A stretch of 64,000 nucleotides of DNA from Candidatus Nealsonbacteria bacterium. Its GTDB lineage: Bacteria > Patescibacteriota > Minisyncoccia > Minisyncoccales > RBG-13-42-11. The notes beneath the pieces were generated by a model that saw nothing but the letters and a program-made list of their open reading frames with translations, searched no databases and was not told the origin of the DNA. This document shows positions 43,135-52,547 of this stretch, piece by piece (position 1 is the stretch's first letter; each line of letters starts with the position of its first letter). The position numbers and the translations under genes were made by a program. The stretch is taken from the NCBI GenBank assembly GCA_026396115.1, contig JAPLXL010000002.1, positions 69,142 through 133,141 of the forward strand, given 5' to 3'.

Positions 43135-44073
43135 ATGAGAGAGCATATGAATAAATTATTGCCGGAAATTAGTATAATTATTCCTACCTATAAACGTTCT
43201 CATTTAATAGGACGAGCTATTCAAAGTGTTTTAAATCAAACTTACCAAAATTTTGAAATTGTAATAATTGATGACAGTCCAAATGATGATACCGAAAAAA
43301 CTATAAAAAAGTTTAATGATAAAAGGATAAAATATGTCAGAAATAAAATTAGAAGAGGATTTATTGGTGCAAAAAATCAAGGGGTTAAAGAGTCTAATCC
43401 GAGTTCAAAATACATTGCTTTTCTTGACGATGATGATGAGTGGCTGCCACAATTTTTAGAAAAAACAATAAGAGTACTGGAAGAAAAAAAAGATATTGCA
43501 ACTGTTAGTAGCTATGCTGAATTGAGGAGTCAAGACGGGAAATTTATCAGAAAAATGACTGGTGAGAGTAATGAGTTTTGGAAAGTAAGGGTCGGAAATG
43601 GCTCTGTTATAAGAAAAGAGATATTTGAAAAGGAAAATATCTGGTTTGATGAAAAAATACTATTTGAAGATTTGGATTTCGGAATTAGAATGGCCAAAAA
43701 CCATAAATGGGAATGTATACCGGAGGCATTACGGATATATTATGGTTATCCGGCAGTGATAGGAGAATCACATTCAACATCTTTCACACAAGAAACACCG
43801 TCGGAAGAATTAGAATATTTTTATAAGAAAAACTACGAGATTTATAAAAAAGCTGGGAAAAAGGCATTAGCATGGATTCATTTTATTATTGGAAAAACTT
43901 TTTGTAGAGCAGGAAAAATAAAAGAAGGAAGGACTCATCTCTTAAAAGCTCTTAAGATTTATCCACGACCAGAATATCTTTTTTATTATCTTCTAGCTCT
44001 GTTTTTTCCAAAAGCTTTTAAAAACCTTTCTTTGATAATTTTAAAACAAAAAATTTTTCGGGGGAAACTTTAA
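43135..44073 (+). CDS. family 2 glycosyltransferase
   Basis: ISIIIPTYKRSHLIGRAIQSVLNQTYQNFEIVIIDDSPNDDT ... FLDDDDEW. Confidence 0.8.
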   Translation: MREHMNKLLPEISIIIPTYKRSHLIGRAIQSVLNQTYQNFEIVIIDDSPNDDTEKTIKKFNDKRIKYVRNKIRRGFIGAKNQGVKESNPSSKYIAFLDDDDEWLPQFLEKTIRVLEEKKDIATVSSYAELRSQDGKFIRKMTGESNEFWKVRVGNGSVIRKEIFEKENIWFDEKILFEDLDFGIRMAKNHKWECIPEALRIYYGYPAVIGESHSTSFTQETPSEELEYFYKKNYEIYKKAGKKALAWIHFIIGKTFCRAGKIKEGRTHLLKALKIYPRPEYLFYYLLALFFPKAFKNLSLIILKQKIFRGKL

Positions 44074-44092
44074 TTTTAAAAAGTTTTTTATA

Positions 44093-44845
44093 ATGATTCA
44101 AAAAAGTGATAACAAACAGTATTTTTTAGAAACTCAACGATTTTACAACCGCTTATTTGAAGATGACGACCATTATGGAATTAAGGAGTACTGGCACGGC
44201 TGGGCCGGTAATTTGCATAGATATAAAGTTAAATTATTAAGAGATATTTTTATTAATACCCTGAAATGTCAAAAGAATACTCAGATATTAGACATTGGTT
44301 CCGGTATTTCACCATTCAGAGAAATCTTTAGGCCAGAAGAATGTCCTCAAATAACAGCCTTTGATATCTCAACTGTCCTTATCCAGAAAGCAAAGAAAAT
44401 TTGCCCTTATATAAAATCAATAGTAGATGATGCTCAGAATCCAAAAATTGAGGGGAAATGGGATATATTATTTGCTGGTGAAATAATTGAACATTTACCG
44501 CGCCCCAAGGAAGCTCTTCTAAAATGGAATGATTTGGTAAAAAAAGGAGGTTGGTTGGTAATCTCCACACCAAATCGCCACTTTAGCCGAAAAACCAAAG
44601 AGCATATTTCTCTTCTAACCATAAGCGAAATGAAAAAGATGCTTGGTCAGTTAAATTTTAAGATAGTAGAGATAATTGGTGTTGATGTATTTATTCCTTT
44701 CTTGGACCGTTTTTTACATAAACTTGCCAAATATCTGCCGAAGATTTCACCAGTATCTGATAGAATATTCCAAATAAAAATAGGGTTAACTTTTCGATTA
44801 CCTTGGTTAGCCCGTGACATAGTCTATATTGCAAAAAAACGTTGA
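44093..44845 (+). CDS. class I SAM-dependent methyltransferase
   Basis: ILDIGSGISPF (motif I) ... DILFAGEIIEHL. Confidence 0.7.
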   Translation: MIQKSDNKQYFLETQRFYNRLFEDDDHYGIKEYWHGWAGNLHRYKVKLLRDIFINTLKCQKNTQILDIGSGISPFREIFRPEECPQITAFDISTVLIQKAKKICPYIKSIVDDAQNPKIEGKWDILFAGEIIEHLPRPKEALLKWNDLVKKGGWLVISTPNRHFSRKTKEHISLLTISEMKKMLGQLNFKIVEIIGVDVFIPFLDRFLHKLAKYLPKISPVSDRIFQIKIGLTFRLPWLARDIVYIAKKR

Positions 44846-44890
44846 GACCTGAAAAATACCAATAAATAAATTATAAAGTAAACAACGCTT

Positions 44891-45802
44891 ATGTATAACC
44901 AAAAAAATAATTTTATTAGACCCCATAAGAAGGCAAAGAGCATGCGAAAAATATTGTTTTCAATGTATAAAAAAATTTTTAATCTCCTTCGTGGGCATAA
45001 ACTCAAATTATTTTATCCCGTTAGAATTGTTAATAATTTTATATTCTCTCTCTTGAAACCAGATTTTACCAATGTTCAAGGACATAAAATGTTTTTAGAT
45101 TCAAAAGATTCTCTTGAGCTTTCTGTTAAAGAAGTTTATGAGTCACTTCAAACAGAATTAGCCAAAAAAGAAATTAAAAAGGGAGATGTCGTTTTAGATA
45201 TTGGAGCAAATATTGGATATTTTACCTTAATTTTCGCAAAACTTGTTGGCGAAAATGGTAAAGTTTTTGCTTTTGAGCCAGATCCAGGCAATTTTTCATT
45301 ACTTGAAAAGAATGTAAAAATAAATAACTATCAAAACGTGACTTTAATTCAAAAAGCAGTTTCAAATAAAACTGGAAAAGCTAAATTGTATATATGGAAA
45401 AACACTCTAGGCCCTAAAATATACGATTCACCCGATAGCCATCAATATATCGAAATTGAATCTATAAGGTTAGATGATTATTTCAAGAATTATAATGGAA
45501 AGATCGATTTTATCAAAATGGATATAGAGGGAGCTGAAGGGGGAGCGACACAAGGAATGACCTCACTTTTACAGCAAAATAAAAACATAAAAATTATTTC
45601 AGAATTTTGGCCTGCTGGACTCGAAGAATTTGGTGTGGGACCTGAAGAATATCTAAAATTACTCATTGGGCAAGGTTTCAAATTGTATAACCTCAATCAG
45701 CAAAAAAAGAAAATAGAACAGGTTAATATTACTGAATTATTAGAGATATGTCCTAAAAAAGAAAAAGCTACAAATCTATTCTTGACAAAAAATAATAAAT
45801 AA
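44891..45802 (+). CDS. FkbM-family methyltransferase
   Basis: VLDIGANIGYFTLIFA ... FEPDP ... FIKMDIEGAE. Confidence 0.8.
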   Translation: MYNQKNNFIRPHKKAKSMRKILFSMYKKIFNLLRGHKLKLFYPVRIVNNFIFSLLKPDFTNVQGHKMFLDSKDSLELSVKEVYESLQTELAKKEIKKGDVVLDIGANIGYFTLIFAKLVGENGKVFAFEPDPGNFSLLEKNVKINNYQNVTLIQKAVSNKTGKAKLYIWKNTLGPKIYDSPDSHQYIEIESIRLDDYFKNYNGKIDFIKMDIEGAEGGATQGMTSLLQQNKNIKIISEFWPAGLEEFGVGPEEYLKLLIGQGFKLYNLNQQKKKIEQVNITELLEICPKKEKATNLFLTKNNK

Positions 45803-45811
45803 TAAAAAGAC

Positions 45812-46906
45812 ATGGTAGAAAATTTAAATCAATCAGAAATCAAATTAGGAGCCCATTATTACCTCTGGTATGGAAGACCCACCTTTCCTCTTTTAGGCGG
45901 GGGAGTATGGAAATCAGGTTATAAGCATCAGCCACTTTTGGGTGAATATAACAGTCGAGACCCCCAAGTAATCAACCAGCATATTAATTGGGCAGAGGAG
46001 GCAGGAATTGATTTTTTCGTTATCAGCTGGAACGATTCTGGTAGCTGGGACGATATTACTTTAAAAGATTATTATCTAAAGCAGTCGCAGGCCTCGGAAA
46101 TAAAATTCTGTCTTCACTATGACAGTTCTTTAGCCCTGAACGTCTTTAGAAATCCGGTTTCTTACGATTTTAATGATAAATACTCTCCCTTTAAAACTAA
46201 GGGAGAAAAATTTCTGGAGGATTTTGAATATCTTGCCGAGACCTATTTTAATCACTCCCAGTACTTAAAAATAAACAATCGCCCCTTGGTGATAATTTAC
46301 AATACTTCTCTCTTTAAAAATGTTTCCCATTACTTTGATAAATTGCAGGCTAATATGGAAAAAAGAGGAATTTCACTCTTTTTGGTTGCCGATGTAGTTC
46401 ATTGGGCTGGTGTTAAATTAACTAAAAAAAACCTGTCGTATCTTTGGGAAATGCCGCCAAAGGAGGTAATAAAAATTTTTTTTCGAGTAATGCACCGTTT
46501 TTCTTTAAATAATTTAGAAGAGGATGTTTTTTTGAGTAAATACTTTGATGGTATTACTGGATATAATATGTATTCAATCAATCGGACAGTAAATTTTCTT
46601 GAAGATGTAGATGAGGTATATCAAAAATTTTTTAGTTATACGCGTTCTCATAAGCTCTGCTTTATTCCTACCGTTATACCGGGTTATGATGATAGAAATC
46701 TCAGCGGGTTAAATCGTCCGATTTTGGAAAGAGAAGAAGGTAAATTTTATGAGGATTTTTGGGCGATAGCAAAAAAATACCTTGATCCTTCCCTTAAAAT
46801 GGTCTTAATCACCACTTTTAACGAGTGGCATGAGGGGACAGAAATTGAACCTTCTAAGGAATATAGTAATAGGTATCTTGAAATTACTAGGTTGTTAAAA
46901 AATTAA
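45812..46906 (+). CDS. GH99-like / WbsX-like glycan-processing protein
   Basis: GAHYYLWYG ... PLLGEYNSRDPQVINQHINWAEEAGIDFFVISW ... TTFNEWHEGTEIEP resembles the GH99/WbsX fold signature. No signal peptide. Confidence 0.45.
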   Translation: MVENLNQSEIKLGAHYYLWYGRPTFPLLGGGVWKSGYKHQPLLGEYNSRDPQVINQHINWAEEAGIDFFVISWNDSGSWDDITLKDYYLKQSQASEIKFCLHYDSSLALNVFRNPVSYDFNDKYSPFKTKGEKFLEDFEYLAETYFNHSQYLKINNRPLVIIYNTSLFKNVSHYFDKLQANMEKRGISLFLVADVVHWAGVKLTKKNLSYLWEMPPKEVIKIFFRVMHRFSLNNLEEDVFLSKYFDGITGYNMYSINRTVNFLEDVDEVYQKFFSYTRSHKLCFIPTVIPGYDDRNLSGLNRPILEREEGKFYEDFWAIAKKYLDPSLKMVLITTFNEWHEGTEIEPSKEYSNRYLEITRLLKN

Positions 46907-46958
46907 AGGTTAAATAAGCCAGTTGAAATACTGGTTAAATCATAATATCATTTGAAAT

Positions 46959-47957
46959 ATGGCTAATATTTTTTCTAAAGTTAAAAGGGCAACAATGATG
47001 CACGTCAACCCAGAACTTTGTCGGCCCAAAGCGGCTCGTTTAATCATTACTACTAATTGTCAGTTTCGCTGTCAAATTTGTACTTTTTGGCGTGAAAAAC
47101 CTCTAGATGCAAGTTTGGAAACCATAAAATACTGGATTAAAGAACTAGCCGATTTCGGAATCAAAGAAATTGATTTGGGCGGCGGAGAACCGCTTTTAAG
47201 GAAAGATTTGCCAGAGATTATTGAAGAAGTTAAATCCTACGGAATAAAATGCGGTCTGACGACTAATGGTTGGTTAGTGAGCCAGATTCCTTTTCCATCC
47301 CTTGATTATATTGATATTTCAATTGATGGGGCTAAACCAGAAACCCACGATAAGATTCGGGGGGTAAAAGGTGCTTGGGAAAGAGCAATCAAAGCGGCAG
47401 AAATTGCCAAAAAACACTGTCCCACCCGTTTGAATTTTGTTTTACAGACAGATAATTATCTTGAATTGGTTGATTTTTGCCACTTGGCAAGGAAATTGGG
47501 AGTAAGCGTTGGTGTGATACCGGTTAGTTTGAAGCTGGCTGCCCAACCTTGGATTTCAAATCATTTGAGTCAATACGATATTCCTCTTTTGAAGCGTCAG
47601 ATCACTCAAGCCTTGGAAACAGGAGTTATTGTAAATAATAAAGAATTTTTAAAAATATTCCTGACTAAAGTAGAAAAAGGGCCTTTTCCTCAAAAATGTC
47701 TGGCTCCTTTTTACTGCGTATTGATTTTTACCAACGGCGATGTTTATCCCTGTGGGAATTTCGATGTACCGGTTGGCAATCTTTCAATAGGAAAGAGTTT
47801 TGAAGATATTTATCAAAATTACGAAAATATGCGAAAAGAAATTCAATCGGGTTCTCACCAGTTTTGTAACCAGTGTGTTTACTCTGACATTGCTACCCGG
47901 GGAACGATTCGTTCAAACATTATTCCTTTCCTCAAAAAAAGTCTGAAGAAAAAGTAG
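46959..47957 (+). CDS. radical SAM / SPASM-domain enzyme
   Basis: CQFRCQIC (CxxxCxxC). CLAPFYCVLIFTNGDVYPCG ... CNQC auxiliary-cluster cysteines. Confidence 0.8.
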   Translation: MANIFSKVKRATMMHVNPELCRPKAARLIITTNCQFRCQICTFWREKPLDASLETIKYWIKELADFGIKEIDLGGGEPLLRKDLPEIIEEVKSYGIKCGLTTNGWLVSQIPFPSLDYIDISIDGAKPETHDKIRGVKGAWERAIKAAEIAKKHCPTRLNFVLQTDNYLELVDFCHLARKLGVSVGVIPVSLKLAAQPWISNHLSQYDIPLLKRQITQALETGVIVNNKEFLKIFLTKVEKGPFPQKCLAPFYCVLIFTNGDVYPCGNFDVPVGNLSIGKSFEDIYQNYENMRKEIQSGSHQFCNQCVYSDIATRGTIRSNIIPFLKKSLKKK

Positions 47958-48015
47958 TTATATATTTTAATAATTTTCCCCCGGAGATATAAAAGTCAAT
48001 TTGGTATTTTAAGTA

Positions 48016-48837
48016 ATGAAATTTATGGCTAAAAATCAGATAAAAATTGGATTAATCGGTGGAACCGGTTTTTATGAATTTTTTAAAGGGAAAACCAAAG
48101 AGGTTGAGGTAAGAACAAAGTTTGGTTCACCTAGCGACAAAATAACTATTGGGAATTTATTTGGAAAAAGGGTGGCTTTTTTGCCGAGGCATGGCAAGAA
48201 ACATCAATTTCCTCCCCATCTTGTTCCCTATAAAGCCAATATTGCCGCTCTAAAAAAACTTGGCGTTGAAAGAATTATTGCCACAACCGCTGTTGGTTCT
48301 TTAAGGAAAAACATAAAACCAGGGGATTTTGTAATCTGTGATCAATTTGTTGACAGAACCCTCAGAGGAAAAGAAAGTACCTTTTTTAATGGGCCGCAAG
48401 TAGCCCATATAGAAATGGCTTATCCTTATTGTTCAGAATTGAGAAAAATTGCCATTGCTCAGGCTCAGAAATTAAAGATTAGAACTCATCCCAAGGGAAT
48501 TGTAGTGGTAATTGAAGGACCAAGATTCTCAACATTAGCCGAAAGTCTTTGGTTTTCTAAAAGTGGCTGGGATTTAGTAAATATGACTCAATATCCAGAG
48601 ATAGTTCTGGCTTCAGAGCTTGGTATATGTTATTTAAATATTTCTTTAGTTACAGATTATGACGTTGGAATATATTCAAAGAAGAATATAAAACCGGTTT
48701 CAATTGAAGAAGTTTTGAAAAATTTTAAAAATAATACAGAAAAATTAAAGAAAATAGTTTTAGCTATTATAAAAAATATATCAGAAAAAAGGGAATGCGA
48801 ATGTGAATCGAAAGCTAAACGAGCTATTTTAAGTTGA
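48016..48837 (+). CDS. mtnP: S-methyl-5'-thioadenosine phosphorylase
   Basis: IGLIGGTGFY ... FLPRHGKKHQFPPHLVPYKANIAALKKLGVERIIATTAVGSL ... VNMTQYPE is an MTAP signature. Confidence 0.85.
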   Translation: MKFMAKNQIKIGLIGGTGFYEFFKGKTKEVEVRTKFGSPSDKITIGNLFGKRVAFLPRHGKKHQFPPHLVPYKANIAALKKLGVERIIATTAVGSLRKNIKPGDFVICDQFVDRTLRGKESTFFNGPQVAHIEMAYPYCSELRKIAIAQAQKLKIRTHPKGIVVVIEGPRFSTLAESLWFSKSGWDLVNMTQYPEIVLASELGICYLNISLVTDYDVGIYSKKNIKPVSIEEVLKNFKNNTEKLKKIVLAIIKNISEKRECECESKAKRAILS

Positions 48838-48855
48838 TTTTTCCTAAAAAATAAA

Positions 48856-50049
48856 ATGATTAAAACTATAAAAAAATATTTGGAGTTTCTAAAAAATTTG
48901 ACCATAATTCCTTGGAAATATAAAAAATCTATTTGGCACCTATTGAGAAAAAAAGGCTTAAAGAGTGTTGGAAATTTTCTTTTTGTAAAATATTTTGTTG
49001 CCGACGAAGGCGGGGAAGCGGCAGTTTTAAACAATTTAATTACGGCAACAAAATTATCCTCTTTGGCCCCTTATCCATTTAAGATTGAGGTAGAACATAC
49101 CACCATTTGTAATAAAAAATGTATTATTTGCGAAAGAAGCTACTGGGGAGAAAAATCAGAAAGATTAACTTTTGAGCAATTTAAAAAAATAATTGACCAA
49201 TTTCCTAAATTGAAATGGATTAATGTTACCGGTGAAGGAACCGGTTTTCTTAACCCTGATTTTCTGAAAATAATTGAATACTTGAGGTCAAAAGATATTT
49301 CGGTTAATTTTGTTGATGAGTTTGATTTTATTGATGAAGCTAAAGCCAGAAAACTGATAGAATTGGGAGTAAACTGTATTTGGATTTCAATGGATGGAGC
49401 GACAAAAGAAATCTACGAAAAAATAAAGGTTGGCTGTAATTTTGAGAAAGCAGTAAATAACATAAAAATGCTACTGAATTTAAAAAAACAGCTCCATTCG
49501 CCGTTTCCTATGCTCTGTTTCCGATTTGTTGTTAATAAATTAAATTACAAAGAAATGCCAAAAATGGTAGAGCTTATTCATTCATTGGGGGATTTAGGCG
49601 AGGGAAGCAAATTAGAATTTGTAGGACTTCTTACTTTTAAAGAAATAGAAAAATATTATTTGCCGGAAATCCCAAAAGAAATTTTAGAAGAAACAGTTGA
49701 AACAGGTAGAAAATTAGGAATAAGAGTCAAATTTTCTCATATCAGCGAAAGTAAACTTTCTGCAATTGAGAAATGTGCCGCCTGGACCGAGCCCTATATA
49801 ATGATAGGAGGCTATGTTTTACCATGCTGTGCGGTATTGATGTCCAACAAACGAGATTTTTTGAGAAAATATGCTTTCGGCAACTTCTACCAGCAACTAT
49901 TTAAAGAGATATGGTATTCGGAAAGATATAAGAAGTTTCGGAAAATGGTCTTAAAAAATAATGAAAAAGTTCCTATTCTTTGCGTCGGTTGCCGAGCTTA
50001 TAATACAACCGAGAGAGAAAAAAGATACGGCTGTTCAAGTTCAATTTAA
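48856..50049 (+). CDS. radical SAM / SPASM-domain enzyme
   Basis: CNKKCIIC (CxxxCxxC). CAAWTEPYIMIGGYVLPCC ... CVGC auxiliary-cluster cysteines. Confidence 0.8.
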   Translation: MIKTIKKYLEFLKNLTIIPWKYKKSIWHLLRKKGLKSVGNFLFVKYFVADEGGEAAVLNNLITATKLSSLAPYPFKIEVEHTTICNKKCIICERSYWGEKSERLTFEQFKKIIDQFPKLKWINVTGEGTGFLNPDFLKIIEYLRSKDISVNFVDEFDFIDEAKARKLIELGVNCIWISMDGATKEIYEKIKVGCNFEKAVNNIKMLLNLKKQLHSPFPMLCFRFVVNKLNYKEMPKMVELIHSLGDLGEGSKLEFVGLLTFKEIEKYYLPEIPKEILEETVETGRKLGIRVKFSHISESKLSAIEKCAAWTEPYIMIGGYVLPCCAVLMSNKRDFLRKYAFGNFYQQLFKEIWYSERYKKFRKMVLKNNEKVPILCVGCRAYNTTEREKRYGCSSSI

Positions 50050-50064
50050 AGAGCAGAGAGAAAC

Positions 50065-50856
50065 ATGTTGCCAATTATTAAAAAATTTATTATTAAAATT
50101 GAAAGACAAATAGTGAAAATTCTTTTGTCTTTTCGGAAAGATGTGGTTTCTTTTGACCCGCCGCCAAGCGGAATGAATAAAGAAACTGTCTTAAAAAAAG
50201 TTGCCGAGGTTCCATTTTGGTGGCACTCCATAGATTTTGGTTACGGGATAGTGACCCCAGGCCATCAGGGGGGGATCAAGCATCCAACCGGGACAAAGAA
50301 TCTTTTGGGCAATCTTCAGCTTCCAGATGATCTAAGGGGTAAGAGTGTTTTGGATATTGGAGCCTGGGATGGTTTTTTCAGTTTTGAAGCAGAAAAAAGA
50401 GGAGCTTCAAGAGTTTTAGCCATTGATAATTTTTATCGGGATAAATTAGAACATACCGGGAGCCAAGGATTTGAAATAGCCAAGGAAATTTTAAAATCTA
50501 ACGTTGAATTTAAAAAAGCCAGCGTTTATGATTTATCTCCAGAGAAATTTGGCATGTTTGATATTGTTTTATTTTTAGGTGTTTTTTATCATCTCCGGCA
50601 CCCCCTGCTGGCTTTAGAGAAAGTTTTTTCGGTAACCAAGGAAATGCTGATTATGGAGACCCATTACGACCCCTATCACGATAGTAAAACTCCTTTGGCT
50701 GTATTTTATGAAAACGCCGAAATAAACAACGATCCTACTACTTTTTGGGGTTTTAATAAATCGTGTCTTCTGGCAGTTCTGCGTTCAGTTGGATTTAAAA
50801 ATCCAGAGGTTATTTACCGCTATGCTGACCGCATTATTCTTAAGGCATATAAGTAA
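50065..50856 (+). CDS. class I SAM-dependent methyltransferase (DUF1698/CmoB-like)
   Basis: WWHSIDFGYGIVTPG, then VLDIGAWDGFFSFEA. Confidence 0.65.
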   Translation: MLPIIKKFIIKIERQIVKILLSFRKDVVSFDPPPSGMNKETVLKKVAEVPFWWHSIDFGYGIVTPGHQGGIKHPTGTKNLLGNLQLPDDLRGKSVLDIGAWDGFFSFEAEKRGASRVLAIDNFYRDKLEHTGSQGFEIAKEILKSNVEFKKASVYDLSPEKFGMFDIVLFLGVFYHLRHPLLALEKVFSVTKEMLIMETHYDPYHDSKTPLAVFYENAEINNDPTTFWGFNKSCLLAVLRSVGFKNPEVIYRYADRIILKAYK

Positions 50857-50858
50857 AG

Positions 50859-52547
50859 ATGATTGAAAAAAGAGAAATTATTCAACAGTGGCAGTATCTT
50901 GGTAGAGTCCATCCGGAATTACTGGAAGATAAAGTTTTTGAACACTGCCAAAAATCTGGCATTACTAGTTTACAATCTTATCTTTATTGGGCCGAAATTG
51001 AAAAAGAGCCGGAGAAAATTGACTTTTCAAGCTATGATATTTTAGTTGAGAAGTTAAAAGAACATAATTTAAAATGGGTTCCTTTTTTTATCTTAGGACC
51101 CGATTACGCCACGCCTGATTGGTTTAAAAAAACAAATGAATCGGTTTACGCTCAATGTCTTGAACATAAAAAAGAATCAAAGATTCAATCAATCTGGAAT
51201 CCTTTTTTGCCGGAATGGGTGGATAGATTTTTAAGGATTGTATCCGAACATTATCAAGATAAAAGTGTTTTAGAGAGTATTTGTTTGGGTATCAGCGGAA
51301 ATTGGGGAGAATCTATTTATCCTGTTGAAGGGGGTTTTCATAAAAATTTTCACAGCCATCAAGGTTGGTGGTGCGAAGATAAATATGCGGTTCAAGATTT
51401 TAAGAAATATATTATTAGAAAGTATGATTCTCTTAGTGAACTTAATAATGCCTGGAAAACGAATTTTTCAAGTTTTGAATTAATAAATTTCCCAAATTTA
51501 AGATACTCTTATCCTTTGAGCCGTGAAATTTATAAATTCATACCGTTTTTTCTAAGGCCCGGCGTGAAATTTATTTATAATCTTGTAAAAAATAATTTTA
51601 AAAAAGAGATTAAAGATATCACAGGTCAGCAGCAATGGCTGGATTTCACTGAATGGTATATGGCTTCTATGACTAATTGGGCGGAATTCTGGTTTGAGAC
51701 AGCGCGGAAATATTTTCCAGATAGTGAAATATATTTAGTGACCGGCGGAAATGGTAATCCTATGCTGGGTGCCGATTTTTCCGCTCAAACAAAAATAGCG
51801 GCAAAATATAAGGGAGGGATTAGAATTACTAACCAAACAGATGATTATTCTTACAGTTTTGCCTTTGCTCGGCTAATTTCTTCAGCAAGTAAATTTTACG
51901 GGTCTTATTTTACCACCGAGGAAGTTTGGATTAACAAGCCAGAGAGAGTGATGATGCGGATATTTGATGTCATAACCTCAGGAGCTAAAGGGTTTTATTG
52001 TAAGAATATTATTGGCACAGGCAGAGATTATTGCACTAAGAAAGATTTTTCTGCAGGGGAACCAACTAAAGGAGCAGAAATTTTATCCAAAAACCTCCAT
52101 TATTTTCAATTATCTAAGCCGATTGTCAAGGCGGCTATTTTTTTCCCAAATACCTCTATTGCCTTTGAGCCTTTAATTTTAGACCTTTTGTATAAACAAT
52201 GCGCAAAACTCCGTGATGTGTTAGATTTTGATTTATTAGATGAAAATATGATAAGAGACGGTGCTTTGGAGAAATATCAATATCTTTTAGTTTTAAAAGG
52301 AAAAATACCGGAAGGTGAGATCTCAGAAAGAATTAAAAATTGGATCAAGAAAGGTGGCATTCTTAGTTCTGATCCCAAGATAATTGCCAGCGATATTGAT
52401 AATGAATATGACCGAGTTTATGCCACTCGATTTGCTGATAAAATTATGTATTACAATGCCAATGATTTTGAAGTGAGAAAAAAAGTTGGCTCAAAATTTA
52501 TAAAAATTGAAGGGAATTCAATAAAAATAGAGCAAAATAAATTATGA
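50859..52547 (+). CDS. cytoplasmic TIM-barrel glycoside-hydrolase-like protein (GH42/GH14-like)
   Basis: SLQSYLYWAEIEKEPEKIDFSSYDILVEKLKEHNLKWVPFF resembles the N-terminal strands of clan GH-A enzymes. Assignment is weak. Confidence 0.35.
   Translation: MIEKREIIQQWQYLGRVHPELLEDKVFEHCQKSGITSLQSYLYWAEIEKEPEKIDFSSYDILVEKLKEHNLKWVPFFILGPDYATPDWFKKTNESVYAQCLEHKKESKIQSIWNPFLPEWVDRFLRIVSEHYQDKSVLESICLGISGNWGESIYPVEGGFHKNFHSHQGWWCEDKYAVQDFKKYIIRKYDSLSELNNAWKTNFSSFELINFPNLRYSYPLSREIYKFIPFFLRPGVKFIYNLVKNNFKKEIKDITGQQQWLDFTEWYMASMTNWAEFWFETARKYFPDSEIYLVTGGNGNPMLGADFSAQTKIAAKYKGGIRITNQTDDYSYSFAFARLISSASKFYGSYFTTEEVWINKPERVMMRIFDVITSGAKGFYCKNIIGTGRDYCTKKDFSAGEPTKGAEILSKNLHYFQLSKPIVKAAIFFPNTSIAFEPLILDLLYKQCAKLRDVLDFDLLDENMIRDGALEKYQYLLVLKGKIPEGEISERIKNWIKKGGILSSDPKIIASDIDNEYDRVYATRFADKIMYYNANDFEVRKKVGSKFIKIEGNSIKIEQNKL

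Noticed and set aside
38741-50049. Interpreting the SPASM radical SAM genes as a RiPP (peptide natural product) cluster.
   Set aside because: There is no candidate precursor ORF in the intergenic gaps, and no protease, transporter or RiPP recognition gene. All neighbours are carbohydrate enzymes.
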